Positions 47,252 to 57,957 of a stretch of 64,000 bases of DNA are shown here, one piece after another. The notes under the pieces were generated by a model that saw only the letters and a list, made by a program, of their open reading frames with translations, did not search any database and had not been told where the DNA came from. The stretch lies in the sequence record MK308676.1; one strand, given 5' to 3'. The translations under genes and the position numbers were made by a program. Each line of letters opens with the position of its first letter. Position 1 is the stretch's first letter.

Positions 47252-48910
47252 TTACGTCAAGTCTGGATTGATGTACAGCGGAGATAGAGCTAGCGTCTTA
47301 TCGCCTCCTGGAGTCTCCAGAATGAAGCGAACGAGTGCAGTCTTACCATCGGCCCAGTTGGTCATGCCGCCTGGGAGAGCGATGTTAGAGAAGTAATCGT
47401 TGACACTAATCTTAGCTGTCTCAGCACCATCATACATCACAGTGAAGTGTGTAGGAGTTGGTGCCTCAGTTAGTACCGCTGGGTCGTATAGTGGCTCAGC
47501 AGAACGGTAGAGCTTAGTCAACCATGTTGCTTGAACTGCTTCACCTAAACCTACGTTAAGTTCAGTACCGCCCAAGTTAGTTGAAGCCGCAAGGTCCTGA
47601 CCGTAGACGTTAGAACCATCGCCGACGTAGTCGAGTAACCATTTCTGTCCACTGATTGCGCCAGGCTGGTCAACTGTAATCTTGAAGGTCTGGGTATGAA
47701 CATAGCCTGCATAAACAGAAGGCGAAACCGTTTCCATATCCAACGATAGAGAAATCTCTTGTTCGTTAGTGAAGTCGGTACCAGCAATAGGCTGGCCATC
47801 TGAGTTACGTACAGCTGTAACATCCGAGGTCACTTCAGTTAACAAGTCGCCATCTAGATTGATAACCCAGTAGCGGAAGTTGTAACGAGTATTCGCAGAA
47901 TCCCACTCAGGAACAATGAAGACTTTAAGTGCGAAGCTGTCACCGCGTACGACGTTAGCCAAGCGATAGATAGCGGACACTACTGGGGTCACACCAATCG
48001 AACCATTGATGAACGGTTCGTTTGCGCCAGGGTAGTATTTCAACACAACGTTACGTGGGCGACCCGCATAAGAAGTATCGAAACCTACAACGCCGTCTAG
48101 TACCATCTTAGTACCATCGATGTTCATCTCTACGGAGTCACCATTGTTGTAATGGAGAACACCTTTGAATAGAGCCGAACTAATCGGAGTACCGATGGTG
48201 TTAAGAATGAGGTCAGTCTCGGAAGAAGAAATCAAATCACTCTTAAGCGATACGCGGTCGATGTACTTAGTGGTTGCATCTTGAGGACGGAAGCCTGCTG
48301 ATTCAAATGCAAGGAAAGTTTGCTCAGAGTAACGTTGTCCAGTACCAGTAAAACTAACGCCCGTGATTACCTCACCAGCATCTAGTTCTTTCGTGGTCTT
48401 GAACTGTACAGGTCGCTTCTGTGTACCCGCAGCGTTCAGGTCGGTAAGAGGAATCTCGATGCCTGTTAGAACACCGCTGCCGTTGTAGACTTCGGAGATA
48501 ACTTCGCCATCAGCTGATGTGTCAGTACCACGGAAGAATACCATCTTAACCGGACCACTACCAAACAGAGTATATTTACCGTCCACTTCAACAGTGTAAG
48601 GTGCTCCGTTTGACTTGTCGATAAAGATTTTGTTTGCAGCGTTTGGCTGGTAGCTAGAAACGCCAGTGATAAGAGAAGTCGAGTCGATGTTAAAGCGACT
48701 GTCTTGAGAGAACGGCGAAACGAACTCTAGCGTAGGTCGGTTATCCGTTACGCTAACAACGCGATACATGCCGCGACTCCAGTCAACAACCATGTCGTCG
48801 ACGTTAGGTACCCAATAGGCGCGGTCATCCGGTGAGCCTTCTAGGTACATCTGCGAGATGAGCCACTGGTTAAAAGTGTCTGCATCTGGATGAAGAAATT
48901 TTAATGACAT
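47252..48910 (-). CDS. Virion structural protein (phiKZ gp26-like)
   Basis: 552 aa, beta-rich; synteny. Confidence 0.65.
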   Translation of the reverse strand: MSLKFLHPDADTFNQWLISQMYLEGSPDDRAYWVPNVDDMVVDWSRGMYRVVSVTDNRPTLEFVSPFSQDSRFNIDSTSLITGVSSYQPNAANKIFIDKSNGAPYTVEVDGKYTLFGSGPVKMVFFRGTDTSADGEVISEVYNGSGVLTGIEIPLTDLNAAGTQKRPVQFKTTKELDAGEVITGVSFTGTGQRYSEQTFLAFESAGFRPQDATTKYIDRVSLKSDLISSSETDLILNTIGTPISSALFKGVLHYNNGDSVEMNIDGTKMVLDGVVGFDTSYAGRPRNVVLKYYPGANEPFINGSIGVTPVVSAIYRLANVVRGDSFALKVFIVPEWDSANTRYNFRYWVINLDGDLLTEVTSDVTAVRNSDGQPIAGTDFTNEQEISLSLDMETVSPSVYAGYVHTQTFKITVDQPGAISGQKWLLDYVGDGSNVYGQDLAASTNLGGTELNVGLGEAVQATWLTKLYRSAEPLYDPAVLTEAPTPTHFTVMYDGAETAKISVNDYFSNIALPGGMTNWADGKTALVRFILETPGGDKTLALSPLYINPDLT

Positions 48911-48922
48911 TTCTAATCACCT

Positions 48923-51766
48923 TTAGTTGATGAAGAAGTCACGAGCGACATTCACTCGGCTTGCAAAGAAATATTCGTTTAGTCTACGAATAAGCGAGTA
49001 CTGTTCCGAACTTAGACCGATAGGGTCTTTCTCAGCATGACCATAACAAGCAATGAAGTCATAGTCATAAGACGGCTGTCCGCAAGGGTCACCATCCAAC
49101 AGGTATTGGTAGTCACGCGTCAAGAAGTCGATTGCTGCATCGCTCAGGTCTGTCCCGTTAGGGATGATAATATTAGCTTTAAGTGCGCGAGTCACTTCAG
49201 ACAAGAACGAGCTAACCACCTGAATCTGGCGAGGGATGTTAATTACGCCGACTTCCACTTGAGGTAGAACGGTATTCAGGTAAGCTGCTAATGTAGCAGT
49301 CTTAGTGGCAGCTTCTTCACGGCTATCGGAGAACTTCTCAATCGTGAAACGACTTACGGAGTTACTCTTACCAGAGAAGTGATAAAGCTTAGCATTGTCC
49401 GGCGTAACCAGAGGTAAGCCTTTCTTCGCTACGTACTTCGTACTTAGGTCGACATCGGAGGTAACGTCAGTGTTAACTTCAGCGCCGTCTTTATATACGA
49501 CCTTCTGCATTAGCTTATTGCCGTAGACAAAGAGAACAACGTGAGTATCTGTAGTACCATCCAAGAAGTAAGGAATGCTAGTCCAGATTCTTCCCCAGTC
49601 GGCTTCTTCAAATACCGCAGACGCTTTTACCTCTACTGAAGTAAAGTAGGCAACTTCTCCATAGCGAACCATGGAACCGGCAGGATAAGTGGTGCCCTCT
49701 AGCCACTGTGGTAGTTCCAGAACAGTCGGAGTGAACTCATACTCACCGCGATACGCTTCAGCTAAGTAAACGTCTTCTAGTGACTTCAGCTGACCTTCTA
49801 TAAAAAGACGGAAGTTGCGGTTACGAACCAAATCGACATCAGTGTCGTGGTTAACCATTCCATCTACCATAAAGCCGAACTGGCCATCTTCAACATCGTT
49901 AGGCAAAGCGTGCGCAATAAGAACCACTTCCACTTCCTGAGCAGGGTCGACGTAATCGAGATGTTCTAAGGTATGCAGATAGAGTTTAAAGTCTTTATGT
50001 GTGTACTCCATGCCCGCTGCGAGTTTACGGCCGTTAAACCAAACGTCAACGCGACCGAAGTCAAACTTCGTAGCAGGTATACTGCCGCCACTGAAGATGT
50101 TGATGGGTTTAGTTAAGTCACTGAAAGGAACAGTAACAGTTCTCAGCGAGAGATACTTAGACGAACGTTTCATCTTGTCAGCAGAGAAGAGCGGAGCTGA
50201 CCACTCTACGCGGCCTGATAGGGCATTGTAGGTATAGTCGGTACCATATGTCGCCTTTACCCAAGTCAAAGCGCCGGAGAGCTTATAGAAGCGTTCCTCG
50301 TCCATTTCTCCTGGGATGTCATTGTCGCCGTTAACCGTAGTGTCCATAGCCGATGCGTCAGCAATGTCCTCACCGCAATAAACGATAATGTCTTTAACGT
50401 CTGTCGGTACTGCGTGAGTATTGCCTGGGTTAGCACCATTAGCATAATGCTGATAGCTATGTAAAGAACCATCGGCATCTAAGTTAATAACTACGCAACC
50501 TTCTCGAGCAGCTTCTGGTAATGTCCAGAGAGTGTCCGATTGCTTGACTGGATAATGAAGTGCTTTAACAACACCGTAGTAGTTGTAGACATTCTTCATG
50601 CCCGCTTCATTAAGTTCATGTCCTGGGGTATTAAGCCACTTCATGAAAGCACTAGCTTCTAGATTGGAAGCGCGCCAAGGTTCAAAGGTACCGGCACCAC
50701 CACTTAGGATAGCGTGGCGGATACCATAATCCAGAGAATAAAAGTCGTCCAGATACTGACCATCTCCCACATTTACATCACCGTTAGTTGTCTTACGCAA
50801 GAATACACGAACGAAAGCACCACCTAAAGGAATCTCTCCGCCATGTTGAATGACGAGTTCATTTAGGCGCTGAGTGTTAAATGCCCAGTCTCGGTGTGTA
50901 ATCTGCGTTAACTGCGTGTTCTCTTGTCGGTCGTGATAACAGCCAATGGTGCGGCCGTTTAAATCGGTGCCGCAAACGAAGAACTCAACGTCGTCGTAGA
51001 AGAGGAAGTCCTCGTCCACAAACCCAGGTGTGATAACAGTACCTTTGGCCATGTTATCGCGCGCACTCATAAATGAAACGAAATCCGTAAAAGGAATGTC
51101 GAACATCTCAGTGCCGGATGGGTCATGTACCCACTGAAGAGTATCGCCCACATCTATTTCCACAACCGTCGGCCTTTCGATAAAGTAACCGTTACGGAAC
51201 CAGAACGTGTGGCCTTCAGTGAAACCACGCGCTAAGTAATCCGCGATGGTATCAGCAATATCCTGCTCGACTTCACAGAGTTTAGAAACAGCACTGATTG
51301 GAGCGGGTGCCCCAGGTTGGTTAAACCAGCTGTTACTATAAAAGCGGATATAAAGGTCGTCGGTAATATCGAACAGGGCTTTGTTCTTGTCGATAGAGAC
51401 AGCAAACAAAACATTGTTATCGTTGATGCGCATTACTTTCACACTGTCGAACTGACACATGCGTTGGTTAAGCATAGGGAACATGACTAGGTTCTCACCT
51501 TCCATGATTTCCACAGCATCACGCCAGACTAGGTTTGTCTTCTCTAGACCGATGAGTTTAGGGTTAAGGCTACCATACTCATAGATAGCCCAGCGCTCCG
51601 TTACGTTCGGAGCAGGGTACGTCTGGAAAGGAGTACGGTGTGAGCCACGTACGCCGTATGACGGTGTAACCAACATAGGCTTGATGAGTAGCTGACGGTC
51701 CTGTTCTGGATTCGCCCAAGCATTCTCGATGGCGTGTCTCAGAAGAGCACCTGAAAAATCAAACAT
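48923..51766 (-). CDS. Virion structural protein (phiKZ gp27-like)
   Basis: 947 aa; synteny; N-terminal AWANPEQD. Confidence 0.65.
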   Translation of the reverse strand: MFDFSGALLRHAIENAWANPEQDRQLLIKPMLVTPSYGVRGSHRTPFQTYPAPNVTERWAIYEYGSLNPKLIGLEKTNLVWRDAVEIMEGENLVMFPMLNQRMCQFDSVKVMRINDNNVLFAVSIDKNKALFDITDDLYIRFYSNSWFNQPGAPAPISAVSKLCEVEQDIADTIADYLARGFTEGHTFWFRNGYFIERPTVVEIDVGDTLQWVHDPSGTEMFDIPFTDFVSFMSARDNMAKGTVITPGFVDEDFLFYDDVEFFVCGTDLNGRTIGCYHDRQENTQLTQITHRDWAFNTQRLNELVIQHGGEIPLGGAFVRVFLRKTTNGDVNVGDGQYLDDFYSLDYGIRHAILSGGAGTFEPWRASNLEASAFMKWLNTPGHELNEAGMKNVYNYYGVVKALHYPVKQSDTLWTLPEAAREGCVVINLDADGSLHSYQHYANGANPGNTHAVPTDVKDIIVYCGEDIADASAMDTTVNGDNDIPGEMDEERFYKLSGALTWVKATYGTDYTYNALSGRVEWSAPLFSADKMKRSSKYLSLRTVTVPFSDLTKPINIFSGGSIPATKFDFGRVDVWFNGRKLAAGMEYTHKDFKLYLHTLEHLDYVDPAQEVEVVLIAHALPNDVEDGQFGFMVDGMVNHDTDVDLVRNRNFRLFIEGQLKSLEDVYLAEAYRGEYEFTPTVLELPQWLEGTTYPAGSMVRYGEVAYFTSVEVKASAVFEEADWGRIWTSIPYFLDGTTDTHVVLFVYGNKLMQKVVYKDGAEVNTDVTSDVDLSTKYVAKKGLPLVTPDNAKLYHFSGKSNSVSRFTIEKFSDSREEAATKTATLAAYLNTVLPQVEVGVINIPRQIQVVSSFLSEVTRALKANIIIPNGTDLSDAAIDFLTRDYQYLLDGDPCGQPSYDYDFIACYGHAEKDPIGLSSEQYSLIRRLNEYFFASRVNVARDFFIN

Positions 51767-51775
51767 GGTAACTCC

Positions 51776-52720
51776 TTATGCGCTAGTTGTCGCTAGGCTC
51801 CAGTCGCGTAAGTGGTCCGATACTTGCTCTACACGGACACGTGAGCGCTTCATTGCCGCAACTGCCTGACCTACTTTAGTACGGCTAAAGGTACCGATAG
51901 ATAACGACATGTCAATCATGTACGCCAACATAGGTGGGTGCTCAGTAGCAACACCGACGATGTCTTGTGCAGCAGCGCCCATCCAGCTAGAGCGAATAAC
52001 TAACTGTAGTAGAGCACCAGCATCTAGACGAATAGCCGGAGTATCCAAATAAAGGTTAAGCTGGGTCAACCAAGTATTCAAATCGTTTTTACCGTTAGCT
52101 GCAACTTCAGAGATAGCTTGTTTGAACTGAGGGCTGCCCATAATAGAGCGCAATAGTTCAGACTGTAGGTTGAATGTGCGAGTAACGAAACGGTAAAGAA
52201 CCTCTTCGATATCTTTCTCGTCCAAGCGCTCAGTCAGGTCACTACCTGAGTAAAGAGTCAGTCGGTAATAAGCACCTAAGAAGATGCGGATGATTTCTTG
52301 CTGTAGTACAGTTGTAGAGAAACGTAGGCGGATTGCTTGAACCATCCATTCCGCATACACTGAACAAAGCTCACCAGCAATTCCTTCATAGCCGCCTTCA
52401 GTCAACCAGTTGTATTCAATGCTGGCACGGCGGATAGCATTGTTCATTTCAGGAGCCTGACGGATTTTACCTAGAGAGTCTTCGAATTGGCGTAAGTCTA
52501 CGATAACGTAAACTTCATCGCGATACTCAACGCCTACAGGTAGACGGAAAGGTTTTACTTCACTAGTGGAAATCTCAGGGTTGATTTTATACACCCCTTC
52601 GCGAATCTTGACTACACCGTCGTCACGACGAAGAATAGACTTGATTGCGAACTCACGCACTTCATTGATAACGTTAGCAGATAGACGGCCAAACGTTGTT
52701 TCGTAAGCACTCTGTTCCAT
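51776..52720 (-). CDS. Conserved structural-module protein (phiKZ gp28-like)
   Basis: 314 aa, divergent from the sheath gene. Confidence 0.55.
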   Translation of the reverse strand: MEQSAYETTFGRLSANVINEVREFAIKSILRRDDGVVKIREGVYKINPEISTSEVKPFRLPVGVEYRDEVYVIVDLRQFEDSLGKIRQAPEMNNAIRRASIEYNWLTEGGYEGIAGELCSVYAEWMVQAIRLRFSTTVLQQEIIRIFLGAYYRLTLYSGSDLTERLDEKDIEEVLYRFVTRTFNLQSELLRSIMGSPQFKQAISEVAANGKNDLNTWLTQLNLYLDTPAIRLDAGALLQLVIRSSWMGAAAQDIVGVATEHPPMLAYMIDMSLSIGTFSRTKVGQAVAAMKRSRVRVEQVSDHLRDWSLATTSA

Positions 52721-52948
52721 AATACTAATTCCAGTTTTGTTGAAAAGTTAAAGTTATTAAGCAAGCCTGTTAATTAAAAAGCACAAATCAAATAGAGTTT
52801 ACCTCACGTTTTGAGGAAACACTATTCGGTCTGATAAAAAGGCAATGCTTTGGCGACATTGCGCCTAACGGAGATTTGTCTCCTATGGGATTTAGCCTAC
52901 CTAACGTTAGAGAAAATAAGTTTATAAACTGTCTTGAGGAAAATGTAG

Positions 52949-54985
52949 ATGTCTATTAACAAACCTACACCAAGAGCGGTATTCCGAGGCTGGCAAGATT
53001 TGTCTACTCGTGCGTTGCCTGTAGTGCGCGACGAGTTGCCTATCCACCTTCCTCGTTTCTTCCTTCGTACACAGAAAGGTCCTCTAGAGGACATGTTTGT
53101 TAGTGGAAGCGAATTCCTTAACATGTACGGAGCAGATTCAGCTGACGAGCTGAAGCAATACTTCTCGCACCAAACGGTTGCCGCAGTTACTGCCATCGGC
53201 AATGCAAACGCAGTCTACATCAAGCGTATCACGGGCACAGGCGCAGCTAAGTCTCGCTTAGTCCTAACGGCTGAAGTAGTCACTGCTGAGTTTGAAGAAT
53301 ATCAACGTAGCGGTGACGGTAGCCTAGTTACCGACTTGAATGGCGACCCGCTAACCAACTCAGGTGTTACGTTTGATGGTACTCTTATCCGTTGGGCTGT
53401 ACGTCCAGTAACGGAACTGGAAGCTGGTGCAATCGCGAACCAAACTCCAGGTACTCTAGTTGGTAAAGTTGGCGAGCAATCAACAATTTACCCAATCCTA
53501 GAGTTTGAAGCTTCTCACATCGGTGAGTATGGTAACAACATCGGTTTCCGTATGTCTGTGCCGCACTCTAAGTCTGCTGAACCAGCAGATGCGTTTGTGG
53601 TAGAAGACCAGAAAACAATGATGTACCGTTTCGAACTTCTACAACGTGCTGCGGCTGACCGCACTGCTGTAGTTGTTCCGTCTCAGCTAGCTGAACGTTC
53701 TATCGACGTAAGCTTTAAGTCTGGTGTTACTAATACTAACACAGCGGTAACATTTGAAATTGACCGTCTAGTTGAAAACTGGAACTTGGATGAAGTAGGT
53801 AGCGTACCTCGCTTTGGTCCTCTAGGTCAAATCTATGTCTACGAAGACAACATCGAAGCTATCCTTACTCAAGCTAAGGCAGCTGAAGACGCAGAGTCTG
53901 GTGTTACTATCGAAGACATCCATCAAGTCAACATCTTTACAGCTATCGGCTGGGATGGTAACAACCATGAGACCGTTCGTATTTCGGACGACTCTATTGA
54001 CTTGAACAGCGTTACTACGCACTACCTACAAGGTGGTAGCGATGGTTCTATGACCGACGCTGACTACGACGAGAAAGTACGTACTGAACTTGAAACAGGC
54101 TGGGAAAATCCAGACAACCCTGTACAAGACGCACTACGTTTCCCATTCTCTTGTATGTACGATACTGGCTTCTCTCTTGATACCAAGAAAGCAATGCTTA
54201 ACTGCCTAGGTGTACGTCCAGACATCCACGTTGGTGTTTGTACACACATTGAGGGTACTAACCCTAATGACCTAGCAGCAGAAAGTTCTGTTGGCCAAGT
54301 TCTACTACAAGCAGCTCGTCTAACTCCTGAGTCTTCTGTATATGGCACCGGCGTATGTCGTGCTACTATTACCCGCTCAGTGGGTACGTGGTCTGACTCT
54401 GTACGTAAGCGCACAGTTCCTCTACTTATCGACCTTATCGATAAACGTTCTAAGTACCTAGGTGCTGGTAACGGTGTAGCGAACGCAACTTACTCGTACG
54501 ACGAGTACCCAGCTAAGCTTGTAGCTAAAGTACTTAACCCTACTAACACTTACACTCCATCGGCTGTTAAAGACAACTTCTGGGACCTAGGTGTGAACGG
54601 CGTTGAATACCTAGGCCGTCAAGAAATCGGCTGGCCAGCAATCCAAACGGTTTACGAGAACAGTACTTCGGTTCTGAACTCTGACATCGTTATGCAGCTA
54701 ATGGTTGACGTGACTAAGCAGGCTCACCTGACTTGGGCACAGACTTCTGGCGGCTCTAAGGATACAGATGCGCAGTACTTCCAGAAAGTACAGGATAGCT
54801 TCAATGCGAAAGTAGAAGGTCGTTACGACAGCCGACTAACTATCCGTGCGACAGCTTACAAGACTCCGGAAGATAAAATCCGTGGGTACAGCTCGTCTAT
54901 GGACATCGAAGTCTACGCCGATGTAATGCGTACAGTTCAACAGTTCAACATCATTGCGCGTCGTCGCTCTGACTTGACAGCATAA
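52949..54985 (+). CDS. Tail sheath protein (phiKZ gp29-like)
   Basis: P.HLP.F, YDTGFSLDTK motifs; 678 aa; precedes the tube gene. Confidence 0.85.
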   Translation: MSINKPTPRAVFRGWQDLSTRALPVVRDELPIHLPRFFLRTQKGPLEDMFVSGSEFLNMYGADSADELKQYFSHQTVAAVTAIGNANAVYIKRITGTGAAKSRLVLTAEVVTAEFEEYQRSGDGSLVTDLNGDPLTNSGVTFDGTLIRWAVRPVTELEAGAIANQTPGTLVGKVGEQSTIYPILEFEASHIGEYGNNIGFRMSVPHSKSAEPADAFVVEDQKTMMYRFELLQRAAADRTAVVVPSQLAERSIDVSFKSGVTNTNTAVTFEIDRLVENWNLDEVGSVPRFGPLGQIYVYEDNIEAILTQAKAAEDAESGVTIEDIHQVNIFTAIGWDGNNHETVRISDDSIDLNSVTTHYLQGGSDGSMTDADYDEKVRTELETGWENPDNPVQDALRFPFSCMYDTGFSLDTKKAMLNCLGVRPDIHVGVCTHIEGTNPNDLAAESSVGQVLLQAARLTPESSVYGTGVCRATITRSVGTWSDSVRKRTVPLLIDLIDKRSKYLGAGNGVANATYSYDEYPAKLVAKVLNPTNTYTPSAVKDNFWDLGVNGVEYLGRQEIGWPAIQTVYENSTSVLNSDIVMQLMVDVTKQAHLTWAQTSGGSKDTDAQYFQKVQDSFNAKVEGRYDSRLTIRATAYKTPEDKIRGYSSSMDIEVYADVMRTVQQFNIIARRRSDLTA

Positions 54986-54996
54986 GGAGGCTGATA

Positions 54997-55857
54997 ATGT
55001 CACAGGTCCTTTTAGGCGCTGACCACAGCCTTAACCGTGGTGCAAACACTGGGGTCGCTGACCCTCGTGTTGGTGCACAGAACGGCTTGGTTCCTGACTT
55101 TGCTAACTGGGCAAACTCAGGCAAGATGGTTAAGCAGCGTTTGATTCCGGTTCTTATCCAAGAACCTTCAGGCATGCAGCTAATGGACGATGGTCCTAGC
55201 CGTATCGAATTCCTGAAAGCAATGGTAGAGCTACTGCCTAAATCTATTACGGGTCTAAACCGTTCTAAAGAAGGTGCGTTCCTAGAAACTGTTGCAACGA
55301 ACTCGGGCGAAGTAATGGAGACGGTTACTCGTGTATCTCGTCAACGTTCTACTCCGACGTACGTTTGGGATGAGCTAGATGGTAAACCAATCACTCGTTC
55401 AATCGAGGACTGGATGGATGAGCTTATGCAAGATAGTATCACTGGTCACCCGGGTATTATCTCTAAGCCAGCCTATGAAGAAGCAGGTTCTCCTGCTATC
55501 TCTCCTGACTTCCAGTCAATGGTAGTGCTATTCATCGAGCCTAACCGCCAGATGAACGGTGTAACATCTGCTTACCTTTGTGCTAACATGATGCCTAAGT
55601 CGTTCACTGACGAGTCTTCTCGTGTTGTAGGTGAAGACCTTGAAGGTATGGAACAAACTGTAGAGTTTACTGCATTCACCATGACTGGTACTGCGGTTAA
55701 CGCTATGGCGCTTGAATACTTGAACTCTGTTCAGAAGACTGGTCTAGCTCCTCGCGGTCTAGCTCCATTCCAAGCGGGCCGTTCAGTTAACGTCGCATCT
55801 GACGCTGCTCCTCTGGGTAACGTTGAAGCGGTTAACGCTGTAGCTGCTACTCTGTAA
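54997..55857 (+). CDS. Tail tube protein (phiKZ gp30-like)
   Basis: 286 aa after sheath; LFIEPN..AYLCANMMPK..EFTA. Confidence 0.8.
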   Translation: MSQVLLGADHSLNRGANTGVADPRVGAQNGLVPDFANWANSGKMVKQRLIPVLIQEPSGMQLMDDGPSRIEFLKAMVELLPKSITGLNRSKEGAFLETVATNSGEVMETVTRVSRQRSTPTYVWDELDGKPITRSIEDWMDELMQDSITGHPGIISKPAYEEAGSPAISPDFQSMVVLFIEPNRQMNGVTSAYLCANMMPKSFTDESSRVVGEDLEGMEQTVEFTAFTMTGTAVNAMALEYLNSVQKTGLAPRGLAPFQAGRSVNVASDAAPLGNVEAVNAVAATL

Positions 55858-55874
55858 GCAAAAAAAATAATGAT

Positions 55875-55905
55875 ATACTCCCCGAGCGAAATGCTCGGGG
55901 AGTAT
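55875..55905. terminator. Bidirectional terminator
   Basis: ATACTCCCCGAGC/GCTCGGGGAGTAT. Confidence 0.75.
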
Positions 55906-55908
55906 TTG

Positions 55909-56046
55909 TTATTCTTCCTCTTCCTCGTCGTCAAGGAAGTCATCGATGTCGGAAGCCACATCCTCAGGATTTACTGGCTCTTCATCTAGGTCCAAATGGA
56001 GACCGAACTCGTCTGCCCAGTCTCCTGAAATAGAGTCTCTAATCAT
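55909..56046 (-). CDS. 45-aa highly acidic peptide (not in ORF track)
   Basis: MIRDSISGDWADEFGLHLDLDEEPVNPEDVASDIDDFLDDEEEEE; start overlaps the upstream stop. Confidence 0.6.
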   Translation of the reverse strand: MIRDSISGDWADEFGLHLDLDEEPVNPEDVASDIDDFLDDEEEEE

Positions 56047-56296
56047 CTTTTAACTCTTCGGTGATTTCTTTACGGAACGCGATAAGTTCCGCTTGGATTT
56101 TCTTAGCTTCGGAGATTTGAAGCGTTAGGGTGGTGTCGGTAGCACGACCTGAGTTAGGCGTAATAGTAGAAAGCTTAGGGCGCTTTTTAGTAAGCTTACT
56201 GATAGCGTCTTTAATTTCCAGGTTAGTAGACGTAATGCGCTGTAGTTCGAGAAGAAGGGAAAGGTTAAAACCTTTTAGGCTTAGAGTGTTTGACAT
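56039..56296 (-). CDS. Hypothetical coiled-coil protein
   Basis: 85 aa, GAGGA RBS. Confidence 0.6.
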   Translation of the reverse strand: MSNTLSLKGFNLSLLLELQRITSTNLEIKDAISKLTKKRPKLSTITPNSGRATDTTLTLQISEAKKIQAELIAFRKEITEELKDD

Positions 56297-56321
56297 GTAG
56301 AGTCCTCTTTATAAGAATGAG

Positions 56322-56627
56322 TTAAACGCCGAAACGCTGTTCAACGTAACGGATGATGTATGGTGCCAAGATTACTTCGTACAGGCTATCGCACTTCTCG
56401 GTGCTGCCGTCGTTGGGTAGGACGCCATCGCGAATTAGCACGTAGTGGCGCTTGATGTCTCGGGGGTCCGTATCGTGTTTTTCCATGACCGCATCGATGA
56501 ACGTCTTAAGTTCATGTACGGTAGGCTGACGCTTTATGAACGCTCGACTTTCGGCAGGCTCTTTATTAGGTGCCTGACCGAACAGGTCCTGAAATACGTG
56601 CGCTTGTGAGCGGAAGTGCTGATGCAT
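56322..56627 (-). CDS. Hypothetical protein
   Basis: 101 aa, GGAGA RBS. Confidence 0.65.
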   Translation of the reverse strand: MHQHFRSQAHVFQDLFGQAPNKEPAESRAFIKRQPTVHELKTFIDAVMEKHDTDPRDIKRHYVLIRDGVLPNDGSTEKCDSLYEVILAPYIIRYVEQRFGV

Positions 56628-56713
56628 GTTTTGTTCTCCAAAAAATAAAATGTGATAGGTGGTTAAAAAGCCAGCACGGATGCTGGCTTTTTATTTCGGT
56701 ATTGCTTTATGCG

Positions 56714-57139
56714 TTACTCTTCTTCAGCTACTGCTTCTTCAGATGTAACTAGTGCAGCTACTTGAGCGTGCACTTGCTTGATTACGCTTTCCGGACCGAA
56801 CGTGTGAGTGATTGCAGAAGTCATGTAGTTATGACGCTCTTCATCTTTAATCGTTGCAGTCTTGTGGTAAGAGTGCTCAATCGCCATGTTTAGTTTAGGT
56901 GCAGTAAATGTACCTTGAACTTCTTCATAGCCAGACTCAATAGCCATTTCGCCAAGAGCAAGTGCAGAACCCGCTGTGAAGTCTTCAACATGCTGCATAG
57001 ACGCGCGGAAGTTTTCTTCAGTCAAACCTTCTGGTAGAGTTTCGATGATTGCTTCGTTATCAGTAACTAGGCCATCTTCAACTTTAGTCGTAGCTTTAAG
57101 AAGGTCACAGATGTTTTGCATTGCAGTTGTATTAGACAT
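56714..57139 (-). CDS. Abundant acidic jumbo-phage protein
   Basis: 141 aa, strong codon bias, AGGAG RBS, own terminator. Confidence 0.65.
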   Translation of the reverse strand: MSNTTAMQNICDLLKATTKVEDGLVTDNEAIIETLPEGLTEENFRASMQHVEDFTAGSALALGEMAIESGYEEVQGTFTAPKLNMAIEHSYHKTATIKDEERHNYMTSAITHTFGPESVIKQVHAQVAALVTSEEAVAEEE

Positions 57140-57188
57140 GATAGTCTCCTGGTTGTTGTATGGGAATTACCCGTTTAAATGCATAAAG

Positions 57189-57199
57189 ACAATATAGGT
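57189..57199 (-). promoter_or_regulatory. Early-promoter-like ACCTATATTGT
   Basis: Recurrent motif. Confidence 0.6.
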
Positions 57200-57205
57200 G
57201 ATAGA

Positions 57206-57646
57206 TTACTTTGAACGATACAAGTATGTAAACTCTCGTGGCGTGAATGTCAATACTCTACGTGATAAGAACGCATTGTAAATATCGACACCAACATCGT
57301 GCTGTTCAAAGTTAACTACTTGACGCACGGCCTCAGGGCGGTTGCGTTGTAGTGGTCGCTCAAAGGAGAAGCCGATGATGTCACCGCGAGGGATTGAAAC
57401 CGTATGGCCTTCGATTGGCTGGAACGTGATAAGGTCGCCGTCTTCTTCAAAGTCATAAGACAGGAAGATGTCCATAGCTTGACGAGGAGAGGATTTTAAC
57501 TCCTTCCCGAATTCGCCATAGGTATTGCAACTTTCTTCACGCACCCATTCTAAGTTCGCAGTATCGAACATCATCGATACGGCCTGATATTGCTTCATGG
57601 TGTTATCCATGCAGCGCAATAGCTCTGCTGTATTACCTAACCACAT
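57206..57646 (-). CDS. Hypothetical protein
   Basis: 146-aa ORF, AGGAG RBS. Confidence 0.55.
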   Translation of the reverse strand: MWLGNTAELLRCMDNTMKQYQAVSMMFDTANLEWVREESCNTYGEFGKELKSSPRQAMDIFLSYDFEEDGDLITFQPIEGHTVSIPRGDIIGFSFERPLQRNRPEAVRQVVNFEQHDVGVDIYNAFLSRRVLTFTPREFTYLYRSK

Positions 57647-57657
57647 AGGGTTACTCC

Positions 57658-57957
57658 TTATAAGTCAAGAATCCAACCAGTATCGTTCTGAAGAGCGACT
57701 TGCTCATCTGCCTTCTTGATTTCGTTTTCGCGATTTCGACATTCTTCCAAGAACTCGATAACTAGTTGTGGTTTACGCTCATGTTTAGCTTGAGCAAGTG
57801 CATCCTCAATGCGTTCTACATTGAGAGAGATATCGTTACGGCGGAGAATGTTCTCCATAGTAAGAGCTAGGGATTTCTCTGTACGGAAGCGTTTTAGAAA
57901 TTCACGGATTTCAGAACGTACAGTAAGAGAACCTGAGATAGTTACGATTGCTTTCAT
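57658..57957 (-). CDS. Hypothetical protein
   Basis: 99 aa, AGGA RBS. Confidence 0.6.
   Translation of the reverse strand: MKAIVTISGSLTVRSEIREFLKRFRTEKSLALTMENILRRNDISLNVERIEDALAQAKHERKPQLVIEFLEECRNRENEIKKADEQVALQNDTGWILDL

Noticed and set aside
52721-52948. Late promoters (TATG) in the divergent structural region
   Set aside because: A 4-nt consensus is too short to assign without TSS data
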